This document shows, one piece after another, positions 37,558-45,512 of a stretch of 64,000 nt of DNA. Origin of the DNA: Deferribacterales bacterium (GTDB lineage Bacteria; Chrysiogenota; Deferribacteres; Deferribacterales; Geovibrionaceae). The stretch spans positions 192,001-256,000 of the forward strand of contig JBFWMA010000003.1 of NCBI GenBank assembly GCA_050251875.1, given 5' to 3'. Positions within the stretch are counted from its first letter, which is position 1. Every line of letters starts with the position of its first letter. The notes beneath the pieces were generated by a model, which made no database searches, was not told the DNA's origin, and saw nothing but the letters and a program-made list of their open reading frames with translations. The position numbers and the translations under genes were made by a program.

Positions 37558-38294
37558 GGATAAAATACTTCTTTAAGATAGAGCCCTGCGGCAGGCGCCG
37601 TGGGGCCTCCTTTTTTTCTGTCCTTTGTTTCGAGCATCTCTCTGACTCTCTCGGGTCCGTATGATCCCCTGCATCCCTTTATCACTGTTCCGGTGATTAT
37701 CCGCACCATATTGTGCAGAAAACCGTTGCCGGTCACTTCCAGATGATACAGTTCGCCCTCACGATAAAACTTAGTCTCCAGTACAGTGCGGACGTTGTTC
37801 TGCTTCAGGCTTGTCAGAGCGCAGCAGGATGTAAAATCGTGCGTACCCTCAAACTCTTTCAGAATCAGAGGTGCCAGATCCATGTCTGCTCTGCCCTTCA
37901 CCCACCACGCCCTGCTTTCATAAAAACAGGAGCGCACTCTCGAGTGCAGTATTTTATATAGATACGTCTTTTTCTGCGCCCATTTCTGAGCGTGGAAATT
38001 AAGCGGAACATCCCATGCCTTAGCAACGGAGATATCCGGCGGCAGTATGCTGTTCAGCCCCAGAACCAGCGCCTCGTCTTTTATATGGGCATCGGTGACG
38101 AAGTTGGCTACCTGTCCGATGGAATGGACGCCTGAATCAGTGCGCCCTGAGCCGACAATATTAACCGGTTTTTTATACAGTTTTTCCAGCGCCTTCTGCA
38201 CTTCCTCCTGAATGGAGGGCGAGTGGCTCTGGCACTGCCATCCGGCATAGTTTGTTCCCAGATATTCTATCATCATGGCTTTATTAAATCGCAT
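37554..38294 (-). CDS. truA: tRNA pseudouridine(38-40) synthase
   Basis: IEYLGTNYAGWQ, GSGRTDSGVH, GTHDF, GNGFLHNMVR, TAPAAGLYL. Confidence 0.96.
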   Translation of the reverse strand: MRFNKAMMIEYLGTNYAGWQCQSHSPSIQEEVQKALEKLYKKPVNIVGSGRTDSGVHSIGQVANFVTDAHIKDEALVLGLNSILPPDISVAKAWDVPLNFHAQKWAQKKTYLYKILHSRVRSCFYESRAWWVKGRADMDLAPLILKEFEGTHDFTSCCALTSLKQNNVRTVLETKFYREGELYHLEVTGNGFLHNMVRIITGTVIKGCRGSYGPERVREMLETKDRKKGGPTAPAAGLYLKEVFYP

Positions 38295-38973
38295 AGTACA
38301 CCGCAATCACGACAGCAGTCAGCGCTATCATCAGTTCGTATTTATTAGGCATCGGCACGGCAACGGCGCTGTATCCGCCCTGCTCCACCTTAGCCGCCGC
38401 CGTGTCTGTGTGTGCCAGCAGACTGTGTATCAGCGGTTTGATATATTCGTTCGGACGGAAGAGAACCCTGTATGTATGTTTCTCATATTCCGGCGACAGA
38501 GTAATCAGCTTCACCGTGCGTTTGGCATCCTCTATGAAGATGGGGATGAATTCCAGCGCCACCAGCATGACCACACGCAGGTTTTTCCCCGCCGTGCCTC
38601 TGACAGGCATGGACAGGATAGACACCAGCGCCTTTGCGTCCGTGGTCTCTGAAAGCAGGATGGAAAGGTAGATAATCAGAAAAAAACGATAGGTAAGGGT
38701 CACTGAATCATTCAGCCCCGAACCGAAGAAAAAATTCATGATAAAAGTGATTAAAAGGATAATTACAAAAGGTTTAACCTTATAAAAGAGATCCAGAGGA
38801 TTCAGCCTTGCGGTTATCTGGACAGCCGCCGCCAGCAGTGTCAGCAATGTATACGACAAAAGAGACACAGATATTCCCGCTATCTGTATCAGGCAGAGGA
38901 AGACTGTCAGTTTTACTGCCGGGTTGAGCCTGTGGAGAACAGAAAGATCGTTATTCTGTCCGCCTGAGGTCAT
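38284..38973 (-). CDS. ecfT: ECF transporter transmembrane component T (CbiQ family)
   Basis: SVLHRLNPAVKL, VALEFIP; immediately upstream of truA. Confidence 0.75.
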   Translation of the reverse strand: MTSGGQNNDLSVLHRLNPAVKLTVFLCLIQIAGISVSLLSYTLLTLLAAAVQITARLNPLDLFYKVKPFVIILLITFIMNFFFGSGLNDSVTLTYRFFLIIYLSILLSETTDAKALVSILSMPVRGTAGKNLRVVMLVALEFIPIFIEDAKRTVKLITLSPEYEKHTYRVLFRPNEYIKPLIHSLLAHTDTAAAKVEQGGYSAVAVPMPNKYELMIALTAVVIAVYYAI

Positions 38974-38980
38974 CTGCCGC

Positions 38981-39199
38981 TCAGGATTTTTTATCTTCGC
39001 TGTCGCCTTCGGTGATCTTGCCCTGATCGTTAGACTTGGGTGTGATATCTACCACATCTTCGGCGTCTTTGGCCGCTTTTTTAAAGTTTTTGATAGCCTT
39101 GCCCATACCATCGCCTATCTGGGGCAGTTTTCCAGCGCCGAATACCACAAGAGCGATGACAAGTATAATTAAAATTTCCTGTGAACCGAGTCCGAACAT
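38981..39199 (-). CDS. tatA: Twin-arginine translocase subunit TatA/E
   Basis: [29 protein letters not shown]...[10 protein letters not shown]. Confidence 0.95.
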   Translation of the reverse strand: MFGLGSQEILIILVIALVVFGAGKLPQIGDGMGKAIKNFKKAAKDAEDVVDITPKSNDQGKITEGDSEDKKS

Positions 39200-39248
39200 A
39201 ATGTTCCTCCCATATGTATCTTTCTAATATATTGAAAAAACTAAAAAT

Positions 39249-40718
39249 TCAATCGTTATTTCTTCTGCGCCTGAGTCTGTCGTATCCGTATGTGAGCCCC
39301 AGAAAAGCCAGAAACCATGTATAACCTATTGATGAAAATATGGTTTTAGTGTTTATCAGTTTTGCTTCGCAGTCCAGATAGCCTTTTTTGCCCTGTTTCA
39401 GGCTCACTTTTATATCTCCGTTATCGGCGATACAGGCGGATATTCCCGACTGCGCCGCCCTCAGAACATATCTGCGGAACTCCACCGCCCGCATGACATC
39501 CGCCGCCAGATGCTGGGAGGGTCCCTGTGTTTCGCCGAACCAGCTGTCGTTTGTCACCACGGTCAGGATATTCGCTCCATCGTCAACCTGTGGACGGACA
39601 AGTGAGCTGTATGCGCTCTCATAACAGACAAGCGGAGCGGCATTTAGTTTTCCGGCGGAGAATATTTTCGCTTCTTTTCCGGCGGAAAAATCCTCAGCGC
39701 CTTTGAAAAAGTAATAATCTATCGGCTTGAACAGGGTTTTCATGGGAAAATATTCGCCGAAAGGCACCAGATGGCGCTTGTCGTATATATCTGTTCTGTC
39801 GTTTGTCATCATAAATACGCTGTTGTAATACCTTACGCTGTTCTCTGTGGAGGCATTGCGGATTCCTCCGGCTATGAGCGGAGTGTTCTCGGACATGATC
39901 CGCATCAGCAGATATCCGGAGAAAGAGTCGTCCATGAAGGCGGGATAGACAGTCTCCGGCATCATCACCAGATCGAATTTTTCGGGTTCGGATTTTCTGA
40001 GCATCTCGCTGACAGTCAGAAATATATCATCCTGTTTCGCCCTGTCCCACTTATCTTCCTGTTTATAGGCGGGCTGTATAATACGAACGCTTAATGGCTC
40101 AAAATCATACTTCCGGCTCTCCGCCAGAAAGCCGTAAGCCAGCAGAGCCGCCAGAAAAACAGAGGCGAATGTGATGGATCTGTTGTTTCTGGTGATGAAG
40201 AAATCAGCGAAAGCGATGTTGAAATATGCCACGGCGAGAGAAATCAGGTGTTCTCCGCCCAGATCGGTCGCCTGGATCACAGGCAGAAAAGAATACTGGG
40301 TGTGCGACAGGTTGAGCCAGGGAAAACCCGTCAGGATGTTTCCTCGGATAATCTCCAGACAGACGAGTATGCCGGCAGTGAGCAGGCTCGACCCCTTCTT
40401 TCTGTAATATACCCATCCGAAGACAGCCCAGAAAAGAGCCAGCATTGCCGCAAAACCCATAGCCGCAGACAGACCCGCCATGAAAGGCGAATTGCCGAAA
40501 TGGGACACGGATGTGATGATCCAGCGGAGATTGATGAAATAATATATGAAACCGAAAAGCCAGAGAGAGAACCCCGGTCTTTCGCTCTTTGCAGAGTAAA
40601 CAAGGACGGGAACAAGAGCGATATACGCCAGAAACCACATGTCGAACCCGGGCGAGGCGAGGGTCAGCATGAGAGCCGAAGCGGCGGCGGAAATGAAAAG
40701 CATAACGGGTTTATTCAT
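39249..40718 (-). CDS. lnt: Apolipoprotein N-acyltransferase
   Basis: GFPW, PET, YDKRHLVPFGEY, VCYES, TNDSWFG. Confidence 0.95.
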   Translation of the reverse strand: MNKPVMLFISAAASALMLTLASPGFDMWFLAYIALVPVLVYSAKSERPGFSLWLFGFIYYFINLRWIITSVSHFGNSPFMAGLSAAMGFAAMLALFWAVFGWVYYRKKGSSLLTAGILVCLEIIRGNILTGFPWLNLSHTQYSFLPVIQATDLGGEHLISLAVAYFNIAFADFFITRNNRSITFASVFLAALLAYGFLAESRKYDFEPLSVRIIQPAYKQEDKWDRAKQDDIFLTVSEMLRKSEPEKFDLVMMPETVYPAFMDDSFSGYLLMRIMSENTPLIAGGIRNASTENSVRYYNSVFMMTNDRTDIYDKRHLVPFGEYFPMKTLFKPIDYYFFKGAEDFSAGKEAKIFSAGKLNAAPLVCYESAYSSLVRPQVDDGANILTVVTNDSWFGETQGPSQHLAADVMRAVEFRRYVLRAAQSGISACIADNGDIKVSLKQGKKGYLDCEAKLINTKTIFSSIGYTWFLAFLGLTYGYDRLRRRRNND

Positions 40719-40773
40719 GGGGATATTCTAATACAATACTGAAAAGAGAGCAATTAAAGAAAATGAAATGAAT

Positions 40774-41124
40774 TTACATGCGGCAGCCGATGCCGAATCT
40801 GCGGCAGAAACGCCCGAAGCGGGTCTGGTCGAGACATTCGCCGTCTGACACTTCCACCTTGATCTTGGAAGCCATGCCTCTGCCCAGCACGATTCTGGTG
40901 TCCTCGCAGATGACGGCGACCTCACCGTCCCCTGTGTTCTGGGCTATCTCGAAGGAGGCTCCCTCGTGCAGTCCCATCTCTTTCAGGCGGCGGGCGAAAC
41001 GGCAGTTATGCATGTCGTCACAGTCTATGATGAACTTGAGGATGGTTCCTCTGCTCCCCGCCTTCAGCATGGAGAGTGTCATACAGTCTGTCAGTACGGT
41101 TTTTTCACAGCATGCGTTTGTCAC
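40774..41124 (-). CDS. feoA: FeoA family protein, Cys-rich
   Basis: TLSMLKAG, RRLKEMGLHEG, IVLGRGMASKIKV; GTG start. Confidence 0.8.
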   Translation of the reverse strand: MTNACCEKTVLTDCMTLSMLKAGSRGTILKFIIDCDDMHNCRFARRLKEMGLHEGASFEIAQNTGDGEVAVICEDTRIVLGRGMASKIKVEVSDGECLDQTRFGRFCRRFGIGCRM

Positions 41125-41151
41125 TATTTACCCCTTGGGTGTTACTATATT

Positions 41152-41170
41152 ACTAATGAGTTTCATTATC
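41152..41170. promoter_or_regulatory. Fur box
   Basis: Minus strand GATAATGAAACTCATTAGT versus consensus GATAATGATAATCATTATC; lies between divergent feoA and fur. Confidence 0.85.
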
Positions 41171-41274
41171 AATATCAAATTTTTATTCTTATGCATAAAA
41201 GTATAAAAAAATTGTGGCAGTATCCTGAATAAAAAGTTATTCTAAAGCTGAAAGATTAATCAGCGGAGCGGAAT

Positions 41275-41721
41275 ATGGCACTTAGCTCTAAAGACACACA
41301 CTCTGTATTTACAAAATTTTTAGCTGAAAAAAGCCTCAGAATGACTTCTCAAAGAGAACTTATTCTCAAAACTTTCTGTAAACAAAAGAAACATGTAACA
41401 GCAGAAGAGCTATATGACATCCTGAAAAAGCTGGATCCCAGCATCGGTCACGCCACCGTGTACCGCACGCTGAAACTGCTGAGCGAGGCGGGAATCGCCC
41501 GTGAGCTTAATTTCGGCGAGGGTTCTGTCCGCTATGAGCCCGATCTCGACCGTGAACACCACGACCATCTCGTCTGTGTGAAATGCGGGGAGAATATCGA
41601 GTTTCTGGATGAAGAGATAGAGGCGCTTCAGAAAAGAGTGGTGACGAAATACGGCTATGAGCTGGTGGATCACTCGCTCAATCTTTACGGCATCTGTCCG
41701 AAATGCCAAAAAACCAAATAA
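41275..41721 (+). CDS. fur: Ferric uptake regulator
   Basis: LRMTSQR, ATVYRTL, HHDHLVCVKC, YGICPKC. Confidence 0.93.
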   Translation: MALSSKDTHSVFTKFLAEKSLRMTSQRELILKTFCKQKKHVTAEELYDILKKLDPSIGHATVYRTLKLLSEAGIARELNFGEGSVRYEPDLDREHHDHLVCVKCGENIEFLDEEIEALQKRVVTKYGYELVDHSLNLYGICPKCQKTK

Positions 41722-41746
41722 ATTAAATCACATCAAATGAGGACAA

Positions 41747-41874
41747 GGCTTCAGGATGAAGCCCGCGGAATTTATTCTAAGCAGTTTTACTGATTAGAAT
41801 AAATATAGCGTGAGCGCAGCATAATTTATTTATGCGAAGCGTTGGAGAAAATTTCCTAGGAGTGGAAATTTTCT
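41747..41874. repeat. Cluster of four consecutive inverted repeats between convergent genes
   Basis: GGCTTCA/TGAAGCC; ATTTATTCTAA/TTAGAATAAAT; GCATAA/TTATGC; AGAAAATTTCC/GGAAATTTTCT. Confidence 0.7.
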
Positions 41875-43264
41875 AATACATAAGTTCTGTAACGGGTACT
41901 ATCTTCACACCCATCTTCTCTATCTCGGCTAATGAATACGGCAGAGCCGCCACGGTGTCGTTTCTCAGGTGACCTATGGCTATGGTGCTTCCGTTCGACA
42001 GCGCCTTTTTAGCGGCGGCGACCAGCTGTCCGTGGACGTGGTTCTGTTTGTCGCTTCCTGTTACCAGTCCCGGTTCCTCGTTATCCAGAAACGTGCTGTT
42101 CACGGCACACTTCATTCCCATCTTTCTGCACACTGCGTATGCCTTCGAGTTTCCGGATGTATAGCTGTCCAGAAATCTGGGGGTATACTGCTTGATATAT
42201 GTGAGTGCTTCGGTCATCTTCTCTTCGTCTTCTGTGAAGGCGGAGCCTGTGTGGTTGTTCGCCCCATCCAGAGACATTCCGAAATACTGCATGTTCGCCC
42301 GTGTGATGGAGGCTATGAGTGCTTCGGGCATGTTAAGAAATATGGCTCCCTTGCCCGGGTCGAACTCCGGATATGATTTCGGCTGCATGGGATAGTGGAT
42401 GAAGAGCGTATTACCGGAATCCCTAGCTATCTTCGCAGTCTCTTTTCCGTATGGAGTGTAGGGAATGACGGCGAATGTCACCGGATATTTCAGCGCCGCC
42501 AGCTTCTGCGCCAGAGGCACGCTGTATCCGCAGTCGTCTATCACCAGCGCCATTTTCGCTGTGTATTTTATGGCTGGTTTTACCGCCTCTTTTTTTACAA
42601 CGGGCTTGTCCTGTTTTTTCACAGGTTCTTTCTTTGTCACCACCGGCTCTTTTTTCGGAGCGGGTTTTGGTTTTACGGAGAAAGTCAGCGTATATTCCCC
42701 GTGGGTGTCTTTCACCTTCAGGGGTTTTTCAGACGTGATAGTCAGATTGTTGTCGGTCAGATATCTTTTCAGGTCGGTTTCCAGCCCTTTTGCGTTCTTA
42801 TCCGAGTCGGATTCCAGATTCACATTATTGTTTTTGATGGTGATGCTGTCCTGGTCGAGTCTTTTGTCGAACATGAACAGTTTTACGGCATTAGGCAGAC
42901 TGATTACCTCGATGGGTTTTTCCACCTCAATAGTTTTCTCTATGGTTTTTTCTACTATTTTTATTTCGGGTTCCGGCGCTTTTTGGGGTTCTTCCTTCTT
43001 CTGCGGGACGGGGATTGGGGGAGCGGGAAGAACATCTGCTTTCTGAGGGGCTTTCTCTTCTGTCACCGGTTTTTCAGCTTTCGCCACGGCGGCGGGGTTC
43101 TCGCTGTATTCACCGGACAGGCGCAGAAACATGAATCCGCCTATGAGCAGTATCAGCACTATGACGAACAGCAGACTGACAGGGAGCTGGTTCTGCTTTC
43201 TCGAGCGGGGCGCAGGTTTTCTTTTTTTGACAGGGGTCCGTCTGGGAGCTTTTCTTGGAGGCAT
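41873..43264 (-). CDS. Divergent polysaccharide deacetylase (YibQ family), membrane anchored
   Basis: Basic N-tail, TM, Pro/Lys linker; ALVIDDCG, IHYPMQP, NNHTGS, FLDS, IAIGH. Confidence 0.88.
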   Translation of the reverse strand: MPPRKAPRRTPVKKRKPAPRSRKQNQLPVSLLFVIVLILLIGGFMFLRLSGEYSENPAAVAKAEKPVTEEKAPQKADVLPAPPIPVPQKKEEPQKAPEPEIKIVEKTIEKTIEVEKPIEVISLPNAVKLFMFDKRLDQDSITIKNNNVNLESDSDKNAKGLETDLKRYLTDNNLTITSEKPLKVKDTHGEYTLTFSVKPKPAPKKEPVVTKKEPVKKQDKPVVKKEAVKPAIKYTAKMALVIDDCGYSVPLAQKLAALKYPVTFAVIPYTPYGKETAKIARDSGNTLFIHYPMQPKSYPEFDPGKGAIFLNMPEALIASITRANMQYFGMSLDGANNHTGSAFTEDEEKMTEALTYIKQYTPRFLDSYTSGNSKAYAVCRKMGMKCAVNSTFLDNEEPGLVTGSDKQNHVHGQLVAAAKKALSNGSTIAIGHLRNDTVAALPYSLAEIEKMGVKIVPVTELMY

Positions 43265-43265
43265 C

Positions 43266-43628
43266 TTACCAGGACATTATGACCGCTTGGTCTGACAGCA
43301 GCAGGTTGAACACGAAAGAGGGCTCAGCCTGTTCGCATCCGGCTATTATGTCCGAAGCGCTGGTGCCGAGAGCTTTCAGGCAGTCCATGCCGACAAAAAC
43401 TCTTCCGCCGTCTTTGATGAACTGTCTGATGCAGTCCAGATTGTTCTCCGGTCTGGTGGGGATCATAAAGGGCTCTTTGGTTTTATCCGCCACAGAAACA
43501 CCCTGCGCTGTGAGCATGAGTATCACTGTGTCTGTGTGGGAGAGAGCGGCTCCGGCGAAACGAAGCGCCTTGCCCGCCTTAAGAATGTCGTTGGATGAGA
43601 GATGAACGATAACTACCTTATCAGCCAT
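43266..43628 (-). CDS. DsrE/DsrF-like family protein
   Basis: Small alpha/beta protein with GGRVFVGMDC. Confidence 0.65.
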   Translation of the reverse strand: MADKVVIVHLSSNDILKAGKALRFAGAALSHTDTVILMLTAQGVSVADKTKEPFMIPTRPENNLDCIRQFIKDGGRVFVGMDCLKALGTSASDIIAGCEQAEPSFVFNLLLSDQAVIMSW

Positions 43629-43686
43629 AATAAACCTCCGAAGATGTTTTATTATACAATAAGGGTGTATAAATAAAAGGATTTTT

Positions 43687-44451
43687 TTAGGCGGCGCCGA
43701 AGTATGACATCTCGATCAGCTCGTGAGCCTTTTTCGATATAAACTTTCTGTCGTGGGAACCGCTGCTGATGGGGTTCAGCCATACTGCGCTGGCGGTGGT
43801 TTTTTTCAGCCCGATGAAGTTAAGAAAATGCGGGGCGAAGCTCATGTCGCCGTACCAGCATACGCTGTCGCAGTTCTTCTCCGAGAAGGGCTCTCCGTTT
43901 ATGGTTTTGTAACGGATGCACGCCGGAACCACGTCCACTCCCGTCTCTGTGGCTCCCGCTATGAAAGTGGAGCGGAAGGGCAGGATTTTTGACCCGTCTG
44001 TGGATGTGCCCTCCGGAAAAAGCACCACGTTGAATCCCTGACGGATGAGGTCTGTCAGCCCGGACAGCTCTTCCTTTATGTTGCGTGTGTTTCTGCGCTC
44101 TATGAAATATGTTCCGCCAATCCTTGCCATGAAACCCAGAAAGAATGTGTTCTCCACTTCTCTGGAAGAGACATATACCGCCGGGCGGATGGCTGAATAT
44201 ACCAGAATATCCAGATATGACATGTGGTTGGAAACTATCAGGCTTCCGTTTGAAGGGATGTTTTCCTGCCCTTCGGCTGATATGCGGAGATTCAGAAAGC
44301 GTGTCCCCCACCCGCATATCTTGTGTGTCCACCATGCGGATACCCTGCGCCTGTTCACGTCTGTCACGGCGTAAAAACGCAGAAAGAGCGCCCCGAAGAT
44401 ATACAGGGCGAAGAAGAACAGCACCCCGATGAGTTTATATGTTTTGCGCAT
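43687..44451 (-). CDS. olsA: Lyso-lipid O-acyltransferase (OlsA/PlsC family)
   Basis: SNHMSYLD, FIER, FPEGT, WYGDMSF; directly downstream of the OlsB-like gene. Confidence 0.75.
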   Translation of the reverse strand: MRKTYKLIGVLFFFALYIFGALFLRFYAVTDVNRRRVSAWWTHKICGWGTRFLNLRISAEGQENIPSNGSLIVSNHMSYLDILVYSAIRPAVYVSSREVENTFFLGFMARIGGTYFIERRNTRNIKEELSGLTDLIRQGFNVVLFPEGTSTDGSKILPFRSTFIAGATETGVDVVPACIRYKTINGEPFSEKNCDSVCWYGDMSFAPHFLNFIGLKKTTASAVWLNPISSGSHDRKFISKKAHELIEMSYFGAA

Positions 44452-44452
44452 G

Positions 44453-45325
44453 TTATTTCAGAAATTTCCTGACAAACCCGTCATCCATCTTTTTGCGGTC
44501 GATGAGAGTCAGGTAGTCATAGCATTTGAAAGCCTTGTCATACGCCGGTTTTCCGCAGATGAATCCGCCCGCCTTCATGTATGACATCAGCAGAGCGGGA
44601 ACGAGATTTCCAGCCGCCTCACGAAACAGGGCGAACCTGTCTTCAGCGGTTTTTTCCACCATGCTGTCGAATTTCTTATCCTTGAACTTGCCTCTGGGGC
44701 GGACGCAGGCGAACTCTTTGGGGATGTATCCGCCGTTTTTCAGCCAGTGGTGGATGAGAGCGGTCTGAAATGTGTCGTCCGAGTGTATGGACGAGCATCC
44801 GAACATGTATCTGCTGTCGGTGATAGTCATATATGCCCCCAGACCTCTCCACAGGGCGGCTATGGTGGCGCCGTTGCGGTATTCGGGGTGAACGCATGCC
44901 CTGCCCAGCTCTATCTTGTGTCCGGAGAGCTCTGTGAGCGCTTCCATGTGAAACTCTTTTTCGGAGTAAAATTTTTTATTATACCTCGTGCTGTTCAGGC
45001 GGTAAGTGCCGACAGGTTTGTTGGTCTTGCGGTCTATGACAGCGAGGTGGTCGAAGAAGGTGTCGTATTTATCAACATCAATGCCGTAGAGATCTGTCTT
45101 ATAAGCGTATTCGCCATAGAAAACCTGATAGCGCAGACGGAGAACATCCATCAGTTCGTGACCGTTTTCTATAATTTTTATAATAAATCTGCTGTTTTCC
45201 TCACAAAAATTTGTGTTGGGTCTATAGGTGCGGATGCGGAATCTGAGGGTTTTGGATACGTCTTTGATAGCTCCCACAGCTTTTTTAACTTTTTCGGGAG
45301 CCAGTTTCTCTTTAATGGCGTTCAT
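44453..45325 (-). CDS. olsB: GNAT N-acyltransferase, ornithine-lipid OlsB type
   Basis: LRLRYQVF, DVDKYD, VGTYR, YSEKEF, ELGRACVHPEYR, LW, FGCSS, P.L..Y. Confidence 0.8.
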   Translation of the reverse strand: MNAIKEKLAPEKVKKAVGAIKDVSKTLRFRIRTYRPNTNFCEENSRFIIKIIENGHELMDVLRLRYQVFYGEYAYKTDLYGIDVDKYDTFFDHLAVIDRKTNKPVGTYRLNSTRYNKKFYSEKEFHMEALTELSGHKIELGRACVHPEYRNGATIAALWRGLGAYMTITDSRYMFGCSSIHSDDTFQTALIHHWLKNGGYIPKEFACVRPRGKFKDKKFDSMVEKTAEDRFALFREAAGNLVPALLMSYMKAGGFICGKPAYDKAFKCYDYLTLIDRKKMDDGFVRKFLK

Positions 45326-45427
45326 ATATACCTCTCGCATATTATGCCTGAAAAATAACAGCGTCATGTCAGAATACGGTTGGTGTTTTGTCAGATAATC
45401 TAAAAATATGCAAAACAGGCGTGAAAA

Positions 45428-45445
45428 TTGACAAACTTATGACAG
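45428..45445 (-). promoter_or_regulatory. PHO box (PhoB site)
   Basis: Minus strand CTGTCATAAGTTTGTCAA; extra in-phase TGTCA half-site at 45462-45466 and a plus-strand pair at 45367 and 45389 (22-bp spacing). Confidence 0.75.
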
Positions 45446-45512
45446 TTATAGGAAATCAAGCTGACAGAGCGGGCATATATATTCCGTATATATACTTGTA
45501 AGAGGTTATGCC

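Noticed and set aside
41735..41874. CRISPR array or tRNA
   Set aside because: There are no repeated direct units with spacers and no cloverleaf or T-loop consensus.
42560..43100. Lys/Pro/Glu-rich repeats (KKEP, IEK) in the deacetylase
   Set aside because: This is a low-complexity protein linker, not a DNA repeat array.
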